This document shows, in pieces, positions 40,120-55,560 of a stretch of 64,000 bases of DNA. Origin of the DNA: Eledone cirrhosa (Eukaryota); the NCBI GenBank assembly GCA_964016885.1, contig OZ024742.1, positions 36,518,001 through 36,582,000 of the forward strand, written 5' to 3'. Every line of letters begins with the position of its first letter. Positions within the stretch are counted from its first letter, which is position 1. The notes beneath the pieces were generated by a model, which searched no databases, had not been told where the DNA came from, and was given only the letters and a program-made list of their open reading frames with translations. The position numbers and the translations under genes are program-made.

Positions 40120-40187
<68 letters not shown>

Positions 40188-40220
40188 GCTGTTGTCATTG
40201 CCGTTGTTGCTGCTGCTGTT

Positions 40221-40252
<32 letters not shown>

Positions 40253-40650
40253 GCTGATGCTGTTGTTGTTGCTGCTATTGCTGTTGCTGTTGTTGTCATT
40301 GCCGTTGTTGTTGCTGCTGTTTTGTTGTTGTTGTTGTTGTTGCTGGTGCTGTTGTTGCTGGTGCTGTTGTTGCTGCTGTTGCTGTTGCTGTTGCTGTCAT
40401 TGCCATTGTTGTTGCTGCTGTTGTTTTTTATTGTTCTTTTTGCTACTGTTGTTGTCATTGTTGTTGTCATTGCTGTTGTCGTTGTTGTTGTCGTTGTTGT
40501 TGTTGTTTTAGTTGTTGTTTTTATCGTTGCCGTTGTTTGTGGTTCTGTTGTGTTCGTTGTCTTTGCCGATTGTGCTTCTGCTGTTGTTGTGGCCTTGTTA
40601 TCTATAGTTGTGGTGGTGGTTATAACAGTGGTGACGTTGGTGGTAGTGTA
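40065..40650. repeat. (GTT)/(GCT)n low-complexity tract
   Basis: Visible; similar tract at 49995-50222. Confidence 0.9.
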
Positions 40651-41289
40651 GTTGTCTTCAACCTTTAGACTCGAAAGTGAGTCGCTGTCACGTGACATCT
40701 GGCTGGAAGATGAGGGGCGTATCACCTTCATTTTCTAAGCTTGTTAGTGCGAGATTCAACAAAATACAGCTCAGATATTTGGGACTTTGGTCCAGATATT
40801 ATGAGGTCGCTTTTTCTGTGGACAATGTGTGGTGCCCTATTAACAGATTCTAACAAAGTTTGTAACAAAAATGTTATGCAACAAGACTAAAGGCATATGC
40901 TCAGAGTAGGCCCATTCGCCCATATTTTAACAAATATACTGGGGGCTGCACTTTCCCTCTTCCCTCACCTTCCTTTCCAAGTGGAACTTGAAAAAGTTGG
41001 GAATTATTTTTCTATTTGTCGTGAGGGCTACACCTGGAGGTTTTATCTGTTTGCTTTTTTTGTGAGTTTTCTTTTTCTTTTTTTCTTTCAGATTTTTCTT
41101 TGTAGTTCCCTTATAGTGTAAGCGATGTCAATCACGTTTCTTTTGAGCTTCAGGAAGCTGTCAGTAGTACAGTGTTGGCTTTCGGCAAATGGCATTCGTA
41201 TAACATGCCCCACCCACTATAAGTTTGGCGGAAACATCTTATCAACACCTCGAGACTTACTTCTCAAGTTCCACACAGAGAGGAAGATG

Positions 41290-41650
41290 TAGGTAAAGAA
41301 CGTAGCCCAACTTTCCAGTGAAGATGAAAGTAGAGAACGTTTTTCAACTCGCCAGTGGTGATGAAGGCAGAGAAGGTGGTTCAATCCTCTAGAGCCGAGG
41401 ATTGTAGAGAACGTGGTTCAACTCGCCAGTGGTGATGAAGGCAGAGAAGGTGGTTCAATCCTCTAGAGCCGAGGATTGTAGAGAACGTGGTTCAACTCGC
41501 CAGTGGTGATGAAGGCAGAGAAGGTGGTTCAATCCTCTAGAGCCGAGGATTGTAGAGAACGTGGTTCAACTCTCCAGTGAAGATCAAGGTAGAGAAGATC
41601 GTTCAAACATCCAGAAGAGATAAAGGTAGAGAGCATAGTTCAACTCTTCT
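41290..41650. repeat. 74-bp higher-order tandem repeat of two diverged 37-bp monomers
   Basis: GTAGAGAACGTGGTTCAACTCGCCAGTGGTGATGAAG + GCAGAGAAGGTGGTTCAATCCTCTAGAGCCGAGGATT; period 74 (41404, 41478, 41552). Confidence 0.88.
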
Positions 41651-42919
41651 GTGACATACGGCGCCATTGTGGCATACTGTGTTTTAGGCATAGATTCCTG
41701 AAGAAGTCCATTTCTCACTAAGTCTGAACAGAGTTGATCTCTTTCAGAGAAGAAGGAGGATACAGAGAGAGGGAGAATAAGGAGAGGAAGTATAATAAGA
41801 GATATAGAGAAAGAAACGACGTCAGTATTAAACGGGTACATTCATTATCAACCTCAAAAGGATTGACGACAAAGCCGTCCTGGGATTTGAACTCAGATCG
41901 CAGAGCCGGAATGAATACAGTAAAGCCTTCTATCTGACCTTCTAGCAACTCTGTCACTTCACCACTTTAAACCCAAAATAAAATCATGTTTCTATGTGTC
42001 TGCATTTGTGTATGACTATCTGTATACATTTGTGTGTGTATGTACGCATATATGTGTGCGTATGTCTGTATGTGTGTGTATATGTGTATATGTGTGTATA
42101 TGTGCGTATGTGTGTATGTGTGTATGTGTGTCTATATGTGTATATGTGCGTATGTGTGTATATGCGTCTATATGTGTATATGTGTGCATGTGTGTATATA
42201 TGTGTATATGTGTGTGTGTATGCGCATGTAAATATATGTGTGTGTATGTGTATATGTGTGTATGTGTGTGTTTACGCATGTAAATATATGTGTGTATGTG
42301 TATATGTGTGTATGTGTGTGTGTGCGCATGTAAATATATGTGTGTATGTGTATATGTGTGTATGTGTGTGTGTGCGCATGTAAATGTATGTGTATGTGTA
42401 TATGTGTGTATGTGTGTATGTGTGTGTATGTGTATATGTGTGTGTATGTGTATATGTGTGTGTGTGTATGTGTATATGTGTGTGTATGTGTATATATGTG
42501 TGTATGTGTATATGTGTGTGTGTGTGTGAGTGTGTAGTTTGAACTTGAAATGCTGATACGACGATGAAGTAGAGTTGAGTCACTTATCTGACATGATAGA
42601 GATAATTCTTAACTACGACTATCTTAAGTATTATGTATCCACACATGCACACATATATATATATATATAGGTATGTATATAGGTATGTAGGTGTGTATGT
42701 ATGTATGTATGTAGGTGTGTATGTATGTATGCATGTATATAGGTAAGTATGTATGTATTCATATATGTATGCATGTATATATACGTATATAGACGTACGA
42801 ATACACATACATAAACACATTTATCTATTTATCTATATATATACATTATACATACATACGCATATATATACATTATACATATATATATATATGTGTGTCT
42901 GTATGTATGTATGTAAGTG

Positions 42920-43045
<126 letters not shown>

Positions 43046-43096
43046 TGTATATATATATATTTGAAAAAAAGTAAAAGAATGACTTCACTTGTAAAG

Positions 43097-43709
43097 AATG
43101 ACTTCACTTGTAGTGTTAAAAAATTTATGATTTAATGTTATAATATAATTGTTTCTATTTTAAGCACAAGGCCAGCAATCACCCAGTACATTACTGGTAC
43201 TTTATTTTATCGACCCCGTAAGGATGAAAGGCAAAGTTAACCTCGACGGGATTTGAACTCAGATCATAAAGGGACGTAACTCTATGCTTCAAAGCATGGT
43301 GTTCGACTCTCTACCGATACTGTTAATATAATATAATATTATAATATTATGAGTTGGTAGATCCAGTAAGTTCTTTGTCAGTTTGACAATCGCCACAGAC
43401 AGACGAATGCGAGAAAGTTCTCCAACCCAAGTTAACCAGGAATCTCTAAATTTCTTCCCACCGAAGTTAACAAAGAACTTACTGGTTCTACCAACTCATA
43501 ATATTATCATGCTTTGACGCAAAGAGTAACCTCTCTTTATGATCTGAGTTCAAATCCCGCCAAGGTTAACTTTGCCTTTCATCCTTACGGGGTCGATTAA
43601 ATAAAGTACCAGTAATCTACTGGGTAATTGCTGGCCTTGTGCCAAAAGTAGAAACAATTATATTATAACATTAAATAATACATTTTTTAATACTACAAGT
43701 GAAGTCATT
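43097..43709. repeat. Diverged inverted duplication comprising flank, SINE and 38-bp inner arms
   Basis: SINE (-) 43145-43325 and SINE (+) 43508-43660; outer flanks AATGACTTCACTTGTAGT / TACTACAAGTGAAGTCATT; inner arms 43341-43378 / 43470-43507. Confidence 0.82.
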
Positions 43710-44422
43710 TTTTCCTTTTTTTCAAATATACCTAACTGTACCAAGGATCTCACACATTTTCAAATATATATATATATATATACACACATATGTATATATA
43801 TATATACAGACATACATATACAGACATACATATACAGACATACATATACACAAACAAACATACGTACAAACGAAAGAAAGGAGCAATGGTGTCAGTTAAG
43901 AATATTATATTATCAGTTTGACCTGTATTACAAGAGGTTGTGTGGTACCAAGTACGAGGAGCCTAAGCAACCGCTTGGTAATGCATAAATATGCAAAAAT
44001 GGTAGTATATGTGTGGAGGCGGCGTGTATGTGTGTGTGTTAAAAGAGGTACTCAATATGTTGGTAGAGCATAGGCATCTATATATTATAGGTTGTTCCCA
44101 AAAACTGTATACACACTTTGATTAGCTGAACATATATATATATATATATAGTATAGGAAAAAGTAAGATCCCGACGGCAGAGCTCAAGCCGTTTCGAAGG
44201 CTATTTCTGGACTAAATTACAATTTTTGGTCTGGTTCCTTACCACAACTCCTTCGTTATATATATATATAGAGAGAGACAGAGTCATATATATATACATA
44301 TATACATATATATAAGTTTGGTGGTTCACCACTGGATCGAACTGGTCATTCCGTATAGTCAAACATGATGTAATGTTAGGAAAAGCACTCGATGTTATGC
44401 AACTCATCCATCTTGGATGTGT

Positions 44423-44456
<34 letters not shown>

Positions 44457-44681
44457 GGGGGGAGGAGATACATAGATAAACACACACATATATATATATA
44501 TATATGTGTGTGTGTGTACATATATATGTATACGCACATATATATACATATATATACATATATATATAAATAAATACTTATGTATACATGTACATACATA
44601 CATATATACATATATATATACACATACATATACATATATACTTATATACATATATATATATATCATGCATATATATATATA

Positions 44682-44720
<39 letters not shown>

Positions 44721-44887
44721 ACATATATATATATACGTACATATATATGCATATATATATATAAATATAAATATACACATACGTATATATATATACTTAT
44801 GTATACATGTACATACATACATATATACATGTATACACATACATATACATAAACATATATACATACATGTATATATATATATTATAC

Positions 44888-44960
<73 letters not shown>

Positions 44961-44970
44961 CAGTAAGTAT

Positions 44971-45068
<98 letters not shown>

Positions 45069-45424
45069 GTATCAGAAGGAGACGAGATACAGTAAGTTTC
45101 TATATATGATGAACAGCTGCACAAATATGTGAGCGTATGCCAACACGTGTCAACACGTGCCAACAGTGTCACACACAAGGAACACCCCTCAACCCACTCC
45201 ACACAGACACACAGACTCACAAACAGAGAATTCCTTTATTTGAAATCCCAAGAGGGGCCCCGATTTACCCGAAACTTTAAAGCGCCAGACATCTAAATTA
45301 CTTTACGTCTCCCTTGCTATTAACGAATTAAAATTTCCCTCATGTTCGATAATCGATTTAACTTCAAATTCTTTAGTGGTGGTCAAGAGAGAGAATTAAG
45401 CTTTATATAAAGTAATTATTATTA

Positions 45425-45537
<113 letters not shown>

Positions 45538-45592
45538 TAGATAGATAGATAGATAGATATATATAATATATATTTATATATATATATATATA

Positions 45593-46257
45593 TTTTGCGT
45601 TTCGTTTCGCTTTTTCTACCCGCCGAAATGCGATTCTCGCTGAATTTATATTTGTATTAATCGCCCGAGTCTTACAATTAACCTGTTAATAATTAATTCT
45701 ATTGACAGATTAATTGCATAAGTTTATTTTAAAAACTACCCGGTTGAGTGCTTATTCGATTTGTGCTATTTATGCAATTTTTTTTCATGATATACACATA
45801 CTGAATTCATTTGCGAAAATCTGGGGGTTTTCCTCTTGTGAATTACACATATGCTTTTACAAAGCTCTATGTCATTCACAAACTTGGTACAGAGCAAAAT
45901 ACCTGTTGATAACTTGATATTCCTTGTTCGATCATTATACCAAAAGCTTATAGTTTTAAGCAGACAGTATTAATGATTTAGGTGTCATAGAAACCCTGCA
46001 TTTGGATTTTACCATCAATTCCAATGGGTCCTGGTCTTTTTTTTATCATTTATTTTGTTTGACCTGTTTAGCTTGATTTGATTTTTGCTTAGGTGGTTAA
46101 TGCCTTCTTAACCACTTTTTCAGTTTGTATGGCGTTTTAACATATTGTTTAGCTCTGGCTTTTTAACTATGGAGCGCTTGCCAGCATAACTCTGATTTTT
46201 GCGTTTCGTTTCGCTTTTTCTACCCGCCGAAATGCGATTCTCGCTGAATTTATATTT
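45593..46257. repeat. 61-bp exact direct repeats bounding a 604-nt unit within (TA)n
   Basis: TTTTGCGTTTCGTTTCGCTTTTTCTACCCGCCGAAATGCGATTCTCGCTGAATTTATATTT at 45593-45653 and 46197-46257. Confidence 0.88.
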
Positions 46258-46332
46258 ATATATAAATATATATATATATTTAGTTGCATCTCTCTTTCTT
46301 TCTATTTCTCACTCACCCTCTATATAGATATA

Positions 46333-46805
<473 letters not shown>

Positions 46806-46822
46806 AGAAATATATATATATA

Positions 46823-46903
<81 letters not shown>

Positions 46904-46987
46904 ATATATATATAGTAAGTTATTCCGGGTTGAATCGGAGGTAACCACAGTAAGTAAGGTAGTCAATACATAGCAGAGTAGACAGCC

Positions 46988-47038
46988 AGATTCCTGATGA
47001 TTTCTAAAGAATGAAACAGTTCTAGTCCTGTAGAATCT
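46988..47038 (+). ncRNA. Type I hammerhead motif
   Basis: AGATTC-CTGATGA-TTTCTAAAGAAT-GAAA-CAG-TTCTAGTC-CTG-TA-GAATCT; stem I 6 bp, stem III 4 bp, GUA triplet. Confidence 0.8.
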
Positions 47039-47315
47039 CATCTCTCTCTCTATATATATATATATATATAGTGTGTGTGTGTGTGTGTGTGTCGGTGTAT
47101 GTGTGCCGGTGCGTGTGTGCGTGTGTGGGGGGGTGATTATGAAAGAGCCTGGACCCCGACGGCTAAGTTCCTGCCGTCCGTTTCAACATCTATTCCGAAC
47201 TAGATGTTGAAACGGCAGGAGCCAAGCCAAGCCAACGAATGCAATCGGAATGTGCAGCTAAGCACTAAATAAGGTATTTTACCTTAGAGTAATAACATTA
47301 CGTTTAGACAGCTTT

Positions 47316-47367
<52 letters not shown>

Positions 47368-47582
47368 TCACTTGATTATTTAACCATTGTCGTGATCCCA
47401 TCAGACAGCAACATTGAGTAAAATGTTACGTTTCCGAGGCAGTCCAAGATGCAAGGGAACGGACAAAAAATGATGTTGCATCTATGTCTACCGTACACAC
47501 ATACACAGATATATATACACATATATACATATATATACATATATACACATATATACATATATATGCATATATATATATATAC

Positions 47583-47617
<35 letters not shown>

Positions 47618-47620
<3 letters not shown>

Positions 47621-47759
47621 TTAGAAATGAATGGAAAGCACAAACAAGAAACCGGTCCCTCTTCAGTTGTCTGCTGGTGGTCTCAAGTACCTCAGACCCC
47701 GGCAGACAACTGAAAAGGGGATCTGTCTCTTGTTTGTGCTGTCCATTCATTTCTAAATA
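47618..47759. repeat. Imperfect fold-back palindrome, about 65-bp arms
   Basis: ATTTAGAAATGAATGGA...GGTCT-loop-AGACC...TCCATTCATTTCTAAAT. Confidence 0.85.
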
Positions 47760-47791
47760 CACTTTATCAGTACCCACACAGCACCTTGCTT

Positions 47792-47861
<70 letters not shown>

Positions 47862-48264
47862 TTTAAGTTTGGTGGTTCACCACTGGATAGAACTGTTTAT
47901 TCTGTATAGTCAACCATGATGTAATATTATGAAAAGCACTCGACGTTATGCAACTCATCCATCTTCGATGTTGAATCTTCTTGGTGGTGCGAGAACGGAG
48001 TTGATTATTATTGAGTAAAATGATAGGAGGCAGGACTGGTGAAATTAAATCTGTGAAGGAATTTCACCAGCCCGGCCTCCTCTCATTCGCTATCACCTCT
48101 GTCCTCTTTTTTCTTGTCTCCCAATTACTCTCTTTTCTGAACTACTATTTATAGTGATCAACTATTGCTATAGTCCTTTACGTTTGGGCCACTGCATTTC
48201 CAATGCCATATGCGGGAATATATATATAGAGAGAGAGATACATAGATATACATACATAAACATA

Positions 48265-49091
48265 CGAGGTGGGTCAGAAAAGTTTCAGGACTGATGTCAC
48301 AAAAGATTTACTTCAAACCCAAACTTCACACTAAGAGTTTTCTCCTTCAAAGTAATCCCCCTGGAGTATGGAACTGTAATCTTAGCTCTCTGCAGCGATC
48401 AAACTTTTTTCTTCATAATTTTATATACATATCCTCTGTTTCAGGTCGTCAAGCAATGAGCACAGAGCAACGAACAAACTTGAAAACTCCGTCAGAAGCA
48501 CTGGGATTGCTGCAGCCAGTGTATGGAGATAAGATGATGTCACGCTCACGTGTTTTTGAGTGGTGCAAGAGGTTTAAAGAAGGACGCGAGGACGTGGAAG
48601 ATGACCCCAGGAGCGAAAGGCCCTCAACAACCAGGACTGAGGTCAACGTTGAGCTCGTCAGGCAGATGGTGCGTAGCGATCGTCGGCTGACTGTTCGACT
48701 GATGGCAAATGAGCTGGGCATGAATCGGGACAGCATCTGGAAGATTCTCACTGAAGATTTGGACATGCGGAAAGTCTGCGCGAAGATGATACCAAAACTG
48801 CTGAACGATGACCAGAAGGGTCGACGCATGCAAGTGTGCCAGGACATCCTCGAGCGTCTTGAAACCGAACCAGACTTGCTAGGGACAGTCATCACCGGTG
48901 ATGAGTCATGGATCTTCGAGTACGACCCGTTTTGAAGACGTGGACGACATCAAAAAGGCCGTGACGACGGAACTGCGGAGGATCCCGGAAGAATCCTACC
49001 AGGAGTGCATGCAAGCGTGGCAGAAAAGGATTGAAAAGAGCATTAGACTCCTTTTGTGACATCGGTCCTGGAACTTTTCTGACCCATATCG
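48265..49091 (+). mobile_element. Internally deleted mariner element with about 40-bp TIRs and TA TSD
   Basis: TIRs CGAGGTGGGTCAGAAAAGTTTCAGGACTGATGTCACAAAAG / inverse 49051-49091; VFEWCKRFKEGREDVEDDPRS.RPST and TGDESWIFEYDP followed by a jump to the C-terminus (catalytic D34D region lost). Confidence 0.92.
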
Positions 49092-49109
49092 TATATACTT
49101 AATTCTCAT

Positions 49110-49365
49110 ATAATAATTGTTTCTACTTTTGACAAAAGGCCAGCAATTACCCAGTACATTACTGGTATTTTATTTTATTTTATATTGGCACAAGGCCAGC
49201 AATTTTGGGAGAGGGGAAAGTCGATTAAACCGACCCTAGTGCTTTATTTTGTCGACCCCATAGGGATGACAGGCAAATTTTACCTCGGTGGGATTTGAAC
49301 TCAGATCATAAAGGTCCGTAACTCTATGCTGAAAAGCATGGTGTCCGGCCCTCTACTGCTACCAA
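49110..49365 (-). mobile_element. tRNA-derived SINE copy/copies
   Basis: Same family as 647-1066. Confidence 0.82.
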
Positions 49366-49595
49366 GCAATCTTTTTACGATAGAATAATAAAATAATCAC
49401 ATTTTATGTTTTTCGTGTATTTTATGTATGACGCATTAAAAAAATGGCCTCATTTTCAAATCAGTAAGGTGAAAATTCTGAATCAGACCCGTGTGTTACT
49501 AAGATTACAAAATTTCTGGATATTTTTTATAGAATACAAGTTTATAAATATAGATTATTTATTCAAAGCGTTATATATATAAGTCTATATAAATC

Positions 49596-49633
<38 letters not shown>

Positions 49634-49640
49634 TGTGTGC

Positions 49641-49724
<84 letters not shown>

Positions 49725-50112
49725 AGATAAGAAGAAGGGAAAATAAAATACATACAGAAAAACTATAATTAACGTTATCAGATTTAATTACAATTTCGTA
49801 AACTTCCCAATATACTACTATTATTATTATTATTATTATTATCATTATTATCATTCTACAACTACAACTACTACTATTATTATCATCATACTCATTATTG
49901 TTGTTGTTGTTGTACGTTGAGTAATCAATTTTTATATTTAGACACTTTCCACATCTTCGTCTATTTAGTTAACACATCCTGATCAGTGTTTCTACTGCTG
50001 TTGTTGTTATTGTTGTTGTTGCTGTTGGTGTTGCTGTTGATATTGTTGTCGTTGTTGTTGTTGTTGCTGTTGCTTTTGATGTTGTTGTTGCTGTTGGTGT
50101 TGTCGTTGTTGT

Positions 50113-50144
<32 letters not shown>

Positions 50145-50625
50145 CAGTTGATGTTGTTGCTGTTGTTGTTGTTGTCATTATTGCTGTTGTTGTTGTTGTT
50201 TTTGTTGTTGTTGTTGTTGTTGTTTAGCCACAGGTAGGTTTTGATCCTGCAGATCTACCGTCAGCGCCCTTTCATCCTCACCTATAGCCGTCCAGTTTAA
50301 TTTCAAACATGGTGAGGTGGAAGAGGTTTACTTGGGATTACATTATGCAACATCTGCTTCTTTCTTTATTTATGAAAGACGGTCGGATTGAAAGGGGACA
50401 ATATCTGAACTGCCACGTAGAGGCTCGACAAAGGAGGATATATATATAATTGTTTCTACTTTTGGCACAAGGTCAGCAATTATCCCAGTGCATTACTGGT
50501 ACTTTATTTTGTCGCATGGTGTCCGACCCTCTACCGATACTGTCAATCCACGCCTTAATTTGCGGATATAATAAGCGTCATATTTGTATTCGAAGTGGTG
50601 ATATGTTAGCGGACATAAGTACTGA

Positions 50626-50698
<73 letters not shown>

Positions 50699-50990
50699 AT
50701 TGTATGAAACTACGCCTATTTTCATATAGAATGCACTCAACATTTCGTTGCAAATCCCGTTAAATGACCAGACAACCATGAGGTCACTCTCGCCTATAGA
50801 GGCACTTCAAAAGGCAACTATTCTCACTTTACGGCTACAAGATGCAGCAGAAATAACTGCGGTCAATTTCATCCATTGCTAAATCACCCCAACACCCACA
50901 CCTCGGGTTAGTTGACTGTCAACCTGTCATGTCTATCACTTACTCTCTCTAAATCTCAACTATACGTAAATTCTTTCTTTATAGAATATA

Positions 50991-51140
50991 TTAACAGAAT
51001 GGCTCGGCGTTGCTCGAGATTTGCTCTAGGGTTCTTATATATTTGATATATATTTATCCTTATCGAGCCTCGTGAAATAAATACGTTTGTTTATATTTTG
51101 TTATTGTGTATGCAAAAATATCTGTACACGAATATATAAT

Positions 51141-51171
<31 letters not shown>

Positions 51172-51638
51172 ATGTGTGTGTGTTAAAATAACAGATTAAA
51201 GTTTAAGCAAAGAATCGCTGCTTTCACTCTTAACGGGATCTTCTGAAACTAAAAAAATCAATCTGTGAACGCAGAAGTCAATATTTCGAAAAACGTTACA
51301 CACTATATATATATACACACACTATATATACATATATACACACACACAGCGTCATAATGTCGTAATGCAGACAGCCAGACATACAGACAGAGATTATAAG
51401 GGCGCAACGTTATATCTATGTATCTATCTAAAAAGAAAGACTAAGAATTATAGAGAGAGATCGCTAAATTGCCTAATGCGGTCCCTAGGGCATTGAAAAT
51501 TTGCAATATTTTTTTCTCAAAATACTCACAGGACCATAAGTATTACATGTGTAAAGTTTGAAAACAATCGGTTGGGTGGTTCTCGAGTTTTAGGGAGCTG
51601 ACAGACAGACAGACATTCTCTGTATTAGATATATAGAT
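50991..51638 (-). mobile_element. Probable decayed Helitron-type element
   Basis: Minus 5' TCTATATATCTAATACAGAGAATGTCTGTCTG; 3' hairpin CTCGAGCAACGCCGAG like that of 34400-35359; terminal CTAG decayed. Confidence 0.5.
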
Positions 51639-52659
51639 TATGTAAATATAGTTTAATAGTGCTCTACCGTCGGGGTTTAACATTTTCCTATATATGTATA
51701 TATATATATGTCAGTGTGTGTGTGTGTGTTAATGCTTATCTTAGAATCTCTCCTATAGTTCCTCATTAGCGTTCATCATATAAGCGTTAGTTAAATATAA
51801 GATTATTAAACCAGTCTCCAATAAAGCGCAAGTGTCATACCCCCCCTCTCTCTCTCTGTTTTCCCCCCTCTCAGTCTCTCTCTCTCTCTGGCTCCCAATC
51901 GCACCCTCTCCCTCTCTTTAACTCCCCCTCTCTCTCCTGGATACCCCTCACTCTCTTTCTGGCTCTCGCTCTCCCCAACTCACTCCCTTTCTCTCTGTCT
52001 CTTTCTCACCTTCTCTCTCCCCTTCTGTCTCTCTTCCTTTTTCTGTCTCCCTCATCCCTGGCTCCCGCTCACTCCCACTCCGCTCTCTTTTTACTATTCT
52101 CGAACATACCTTAAGCCCCAATACCTTAAGTTAATCAAGTTGCTAAGCAACAGTAATACGACGGGCGTATAGTAATGCTTCTAGTGACGTTAGAAATAGC
52201 AGCCAAATCCGTCAATATCTACTTGACAATGAAGGTGAAGCTAATATCAATTAAAAAGTTAACTGTCTCTAATACTTAGACATCCCAATGAAAGGATAAA
52301 ATATATTAATAAATCATCAACTGAGAGAAGTAATAAAACATTAACCTTAAGCCAAAATCTCGATTTGGGGGGACATAAGCTAGACCGACTAAAATAAGCC
52401 AGTTTTACTCGTATAGTTCTTTGACCATGGTTTCTGGAATTCAAGAAACAATAGAAATAGAATTCTAGAATTCAAGAAACAGCCAGAAATATACATTAAC
52501 AGTTGTCGACCGCTGCTTCTGCTGGAATCCGCTGGACGGCGCTCGTCGTCAGCTTTTCAATATTCATACATAGAAAACATTTCCAAATGTTTATTTATTA
52601 AACATACCGTACATCATTCGATATACGAAATCCACATACTTCTATATATAAATATGAGA

Positions 52660-53255
52660 ATAAACGTGCTGCGTGGTTGCTAATGGGTTACATATGAATA
52701 AAGTGGTCCTCATCAGTGATCTTCCAACCATCACGGGTATTTCTTCGCTTTAAAGACCATATACCTCCGGTTGGTGCGAGCAACGGCTAAAAAAAGTCGT
52801 TGGGACACGTAAATAAAGGGGACAGCGAGAGTGTAAACAAACAAAGATGGTGAAGCAACGAAAAGTGAGGAAGAACGAGTCAAGTCCCAAATTTCCATGA
52901 ATATAAGTTCGGTGAAATCGTGAACGAGAGAGAATAAAAACCATCAAACCTGGTTGGAATGTGAGTAAGGAAGGAATTCCGTACAGGTCTAACGGGAGGA
53001 AGAAGGAATCTAGTCTGTGAATTCGGTGAACATAAGTTCTGTGAAATCGTAGACGAGAGAGAGAAAAAAGGCGAACCAGCCTGACCAAGAGTGCGAAAGA
53101 AAAGAATTACGCACAGGTCAAAGGGGAAGAAGGAGGAGGAGGAGAGGTAGTAACAGAGAGTGAGTGAGTGAAGAGTGAGGAAGAGGCTAACAGAGAGAGT
53201 GACTGTTAGAGAGGGTAAAGATACAGAGAAAGAGGAAGCAGTAAGAACGAAATAG
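52660..53255 (-). mobile_element. Family A PLE-pLTR-like repeat copy
   Basis: Reverse complement of 4150-4697 plus a tail shared with 2445-2500. Confidence 0.72.
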
Positions 53256-53707
53256 ATCCCTGCAGGAATTGAACTCAGCGCGGAGTGAGCCGGAATGAAT
53301 ACCATAAACCATTCTAACAAAGGTTCTAATGATTCTGTTATATGTTATATCATATAATATATAATAATATATAATATAATAGCTTATCGGTCACTCGTGC
53401 TGTCTATTGATCTCTTAAGATGTCTTAAGAAAGAACGTACATACTATTGTTTGGTACTGCTATATGTTGTGGTGTTGGTGGTGGTGATGGCAGTGGTGGT
53501 GGTGGTGTTGTTGTTGTTAGTAGAGGGGGGGGGGGGTAATGGTGGTGCTGTTGTTGTTGTTGCTGGTGGTGGTGGTGGTGGGCGGGTTATATTTAAGGAG
53601 CAGCCACTGACCCGGATTCTATTCACAAATGCAATCAGCCATTTTACTTCCACGTAAGTATATAAACACTGGACTTAATACGTACATCAATAAATCTGTA
53701 TATATAT

Positions 53708-53776
<69 letters not shown>

Positions 53777-53878
53777 AAGGGAGAGAGAGAAAGAGGGTAG
53801 AAAGTTAGATACGAAGATTAGTCGATTGGTACAAAGATAAATATATATACATATATACATATATATATACCTATTTAT

Positions 53879-53965
<87 letters not shown>

Positions 53966-54809
53966 AGAACGAAAGAGAGGGCTCAAATGATCGAAAAACC
54001 AAGAAAATAGAAAAGAAAGATAATGATGATTAGGAATGAGAAAGCCTTCTCTCCACCCCACTCCACACACACCTTCCCCACGCCGCTCACACATTCTCTC
54101 CCCACGCCACTCACACGCACCACCATGTATTCATAGGAGATGGTAAATTGCCAAATATCTGAAAATAGATGTCGGAAATAAGAAATTTAAAATTCACTGA
54201 AGCAGACGATACTCTTTACGGATTAGATGGAGCCATCCTTACTTCCATTTTTCTTTGTTAGACCGGAAATAAATGTTGTCTGTACGGTACGAAGATGATT
54301 TCGTCGTTATTTGTACAACAATCTTTTGTAAACTATAGTTAAGCTAGTGTTAACCTATATTTAGGTTAATTCTACCATATTTATCGCTGGATCATTAATT
54401 CTTAACGTCTTGTACAACATGAAACCACAGTAGCAAGACATTTTTGAAAAGTATAAAACAGCACTGTAACAACACATTACAAATTGAAAACTTTACTGTA
54501 ATACTGCAAATCTTCACATTTATAAGTCCGCTAATAAAGATACTATAAACATTTGCATTAACAAACCTAGTTTTAGATATGTCTTGCTAAATGATTGTAG
54601 GATATTAAGAGTTGAAAAATAACTCATTACTCTAATACTGTAAATATTCACATCAATGCGTCTACTAATAAAGATATTATAAACATGTGAATTTAAAAAA
54701 AAAAAAAACTATTTTTGTTATTTTCTGAAATAATTGGCTTGGTCATAAACTCCGTCGTCCTTGGAGCGAACTTAGGGATGCAATATTGTCAAGACCTTCT
54801 CACAGATAA

Positions 54810-55560
54810 CCTCTAGGTGTGTCCTGATACTTTAGTGTGTAACCAATAATGTTTAGGTGTGTCATGACACTATTGTGTCGCCGAAAATTCAAGGTGTGTC
54901 ACCTATAATCTCTAGGTATTTTCGTGGTACTTTTGTATACTGCCGGCAATCTATAGGTGGATCTTGACACTGTAGTGCGCCGCCCATAATCTATATGTGT
55001 GTCGTGACACTTTAGTATGCCACCTATAATTTATAGGTGTGTCACCGGGTAATCTATTGGCATGTCACAACTCTTTAGTGTGTCAAAGATAATTCATAGG
55101 TTTGTCGTGACACTTTAGTGTGCCATAAGGTGACACTTTCGTGTGCCATGACGTGACACTTTAGTGTGCCATATCGTGACACTTTAGTATGCCATCGTTA
55201 ATCTAGGTTTGTCATAGCACTTTAGTGTCACAGAGATAATCTCGAGATGTCTGGCTTTAGTGTGCCGCCATCAATCACTAGACGCGATACTTCAGTGCCA
55301 CCAATAGTCTCTAGGTGTATCACGGCACCTTAGTGTGCCACCAATAATCTCTAGGTGTAACACGGCACCTTAGTGTGCCACCAATAATCTCTAGGTGTAA
55401 CACGGCACCTTAGTGTGTCTCCAATAATCTCTAGGTGTAACACGGCACCTTAGTGTGTCTCCAATAATCTCTAGGTGTAACACGGCACCTTAGTGTGTCT
55501 CCAATAATCTCTAGGTGTAACACGGCACCTTAGTGTGTCTCCAATAATCTCTAGGTATGT
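54810..55560. repeat. 40-bp minisatellite, homogeneous at 55296-55560 and decayed upstream
   Basis: (TAGGTGTAACACGGCACCTTAGTGTGTCTCCAATAATCTC)n. Confidence 0.88.

Noticed and set aside
39953-40731. Thr-rich mucin-like ORFs on the minus strand
   Set aside because: Derived from (AAC)n tracts, possibly LINE ORF1 debris; no splice or domain evidence
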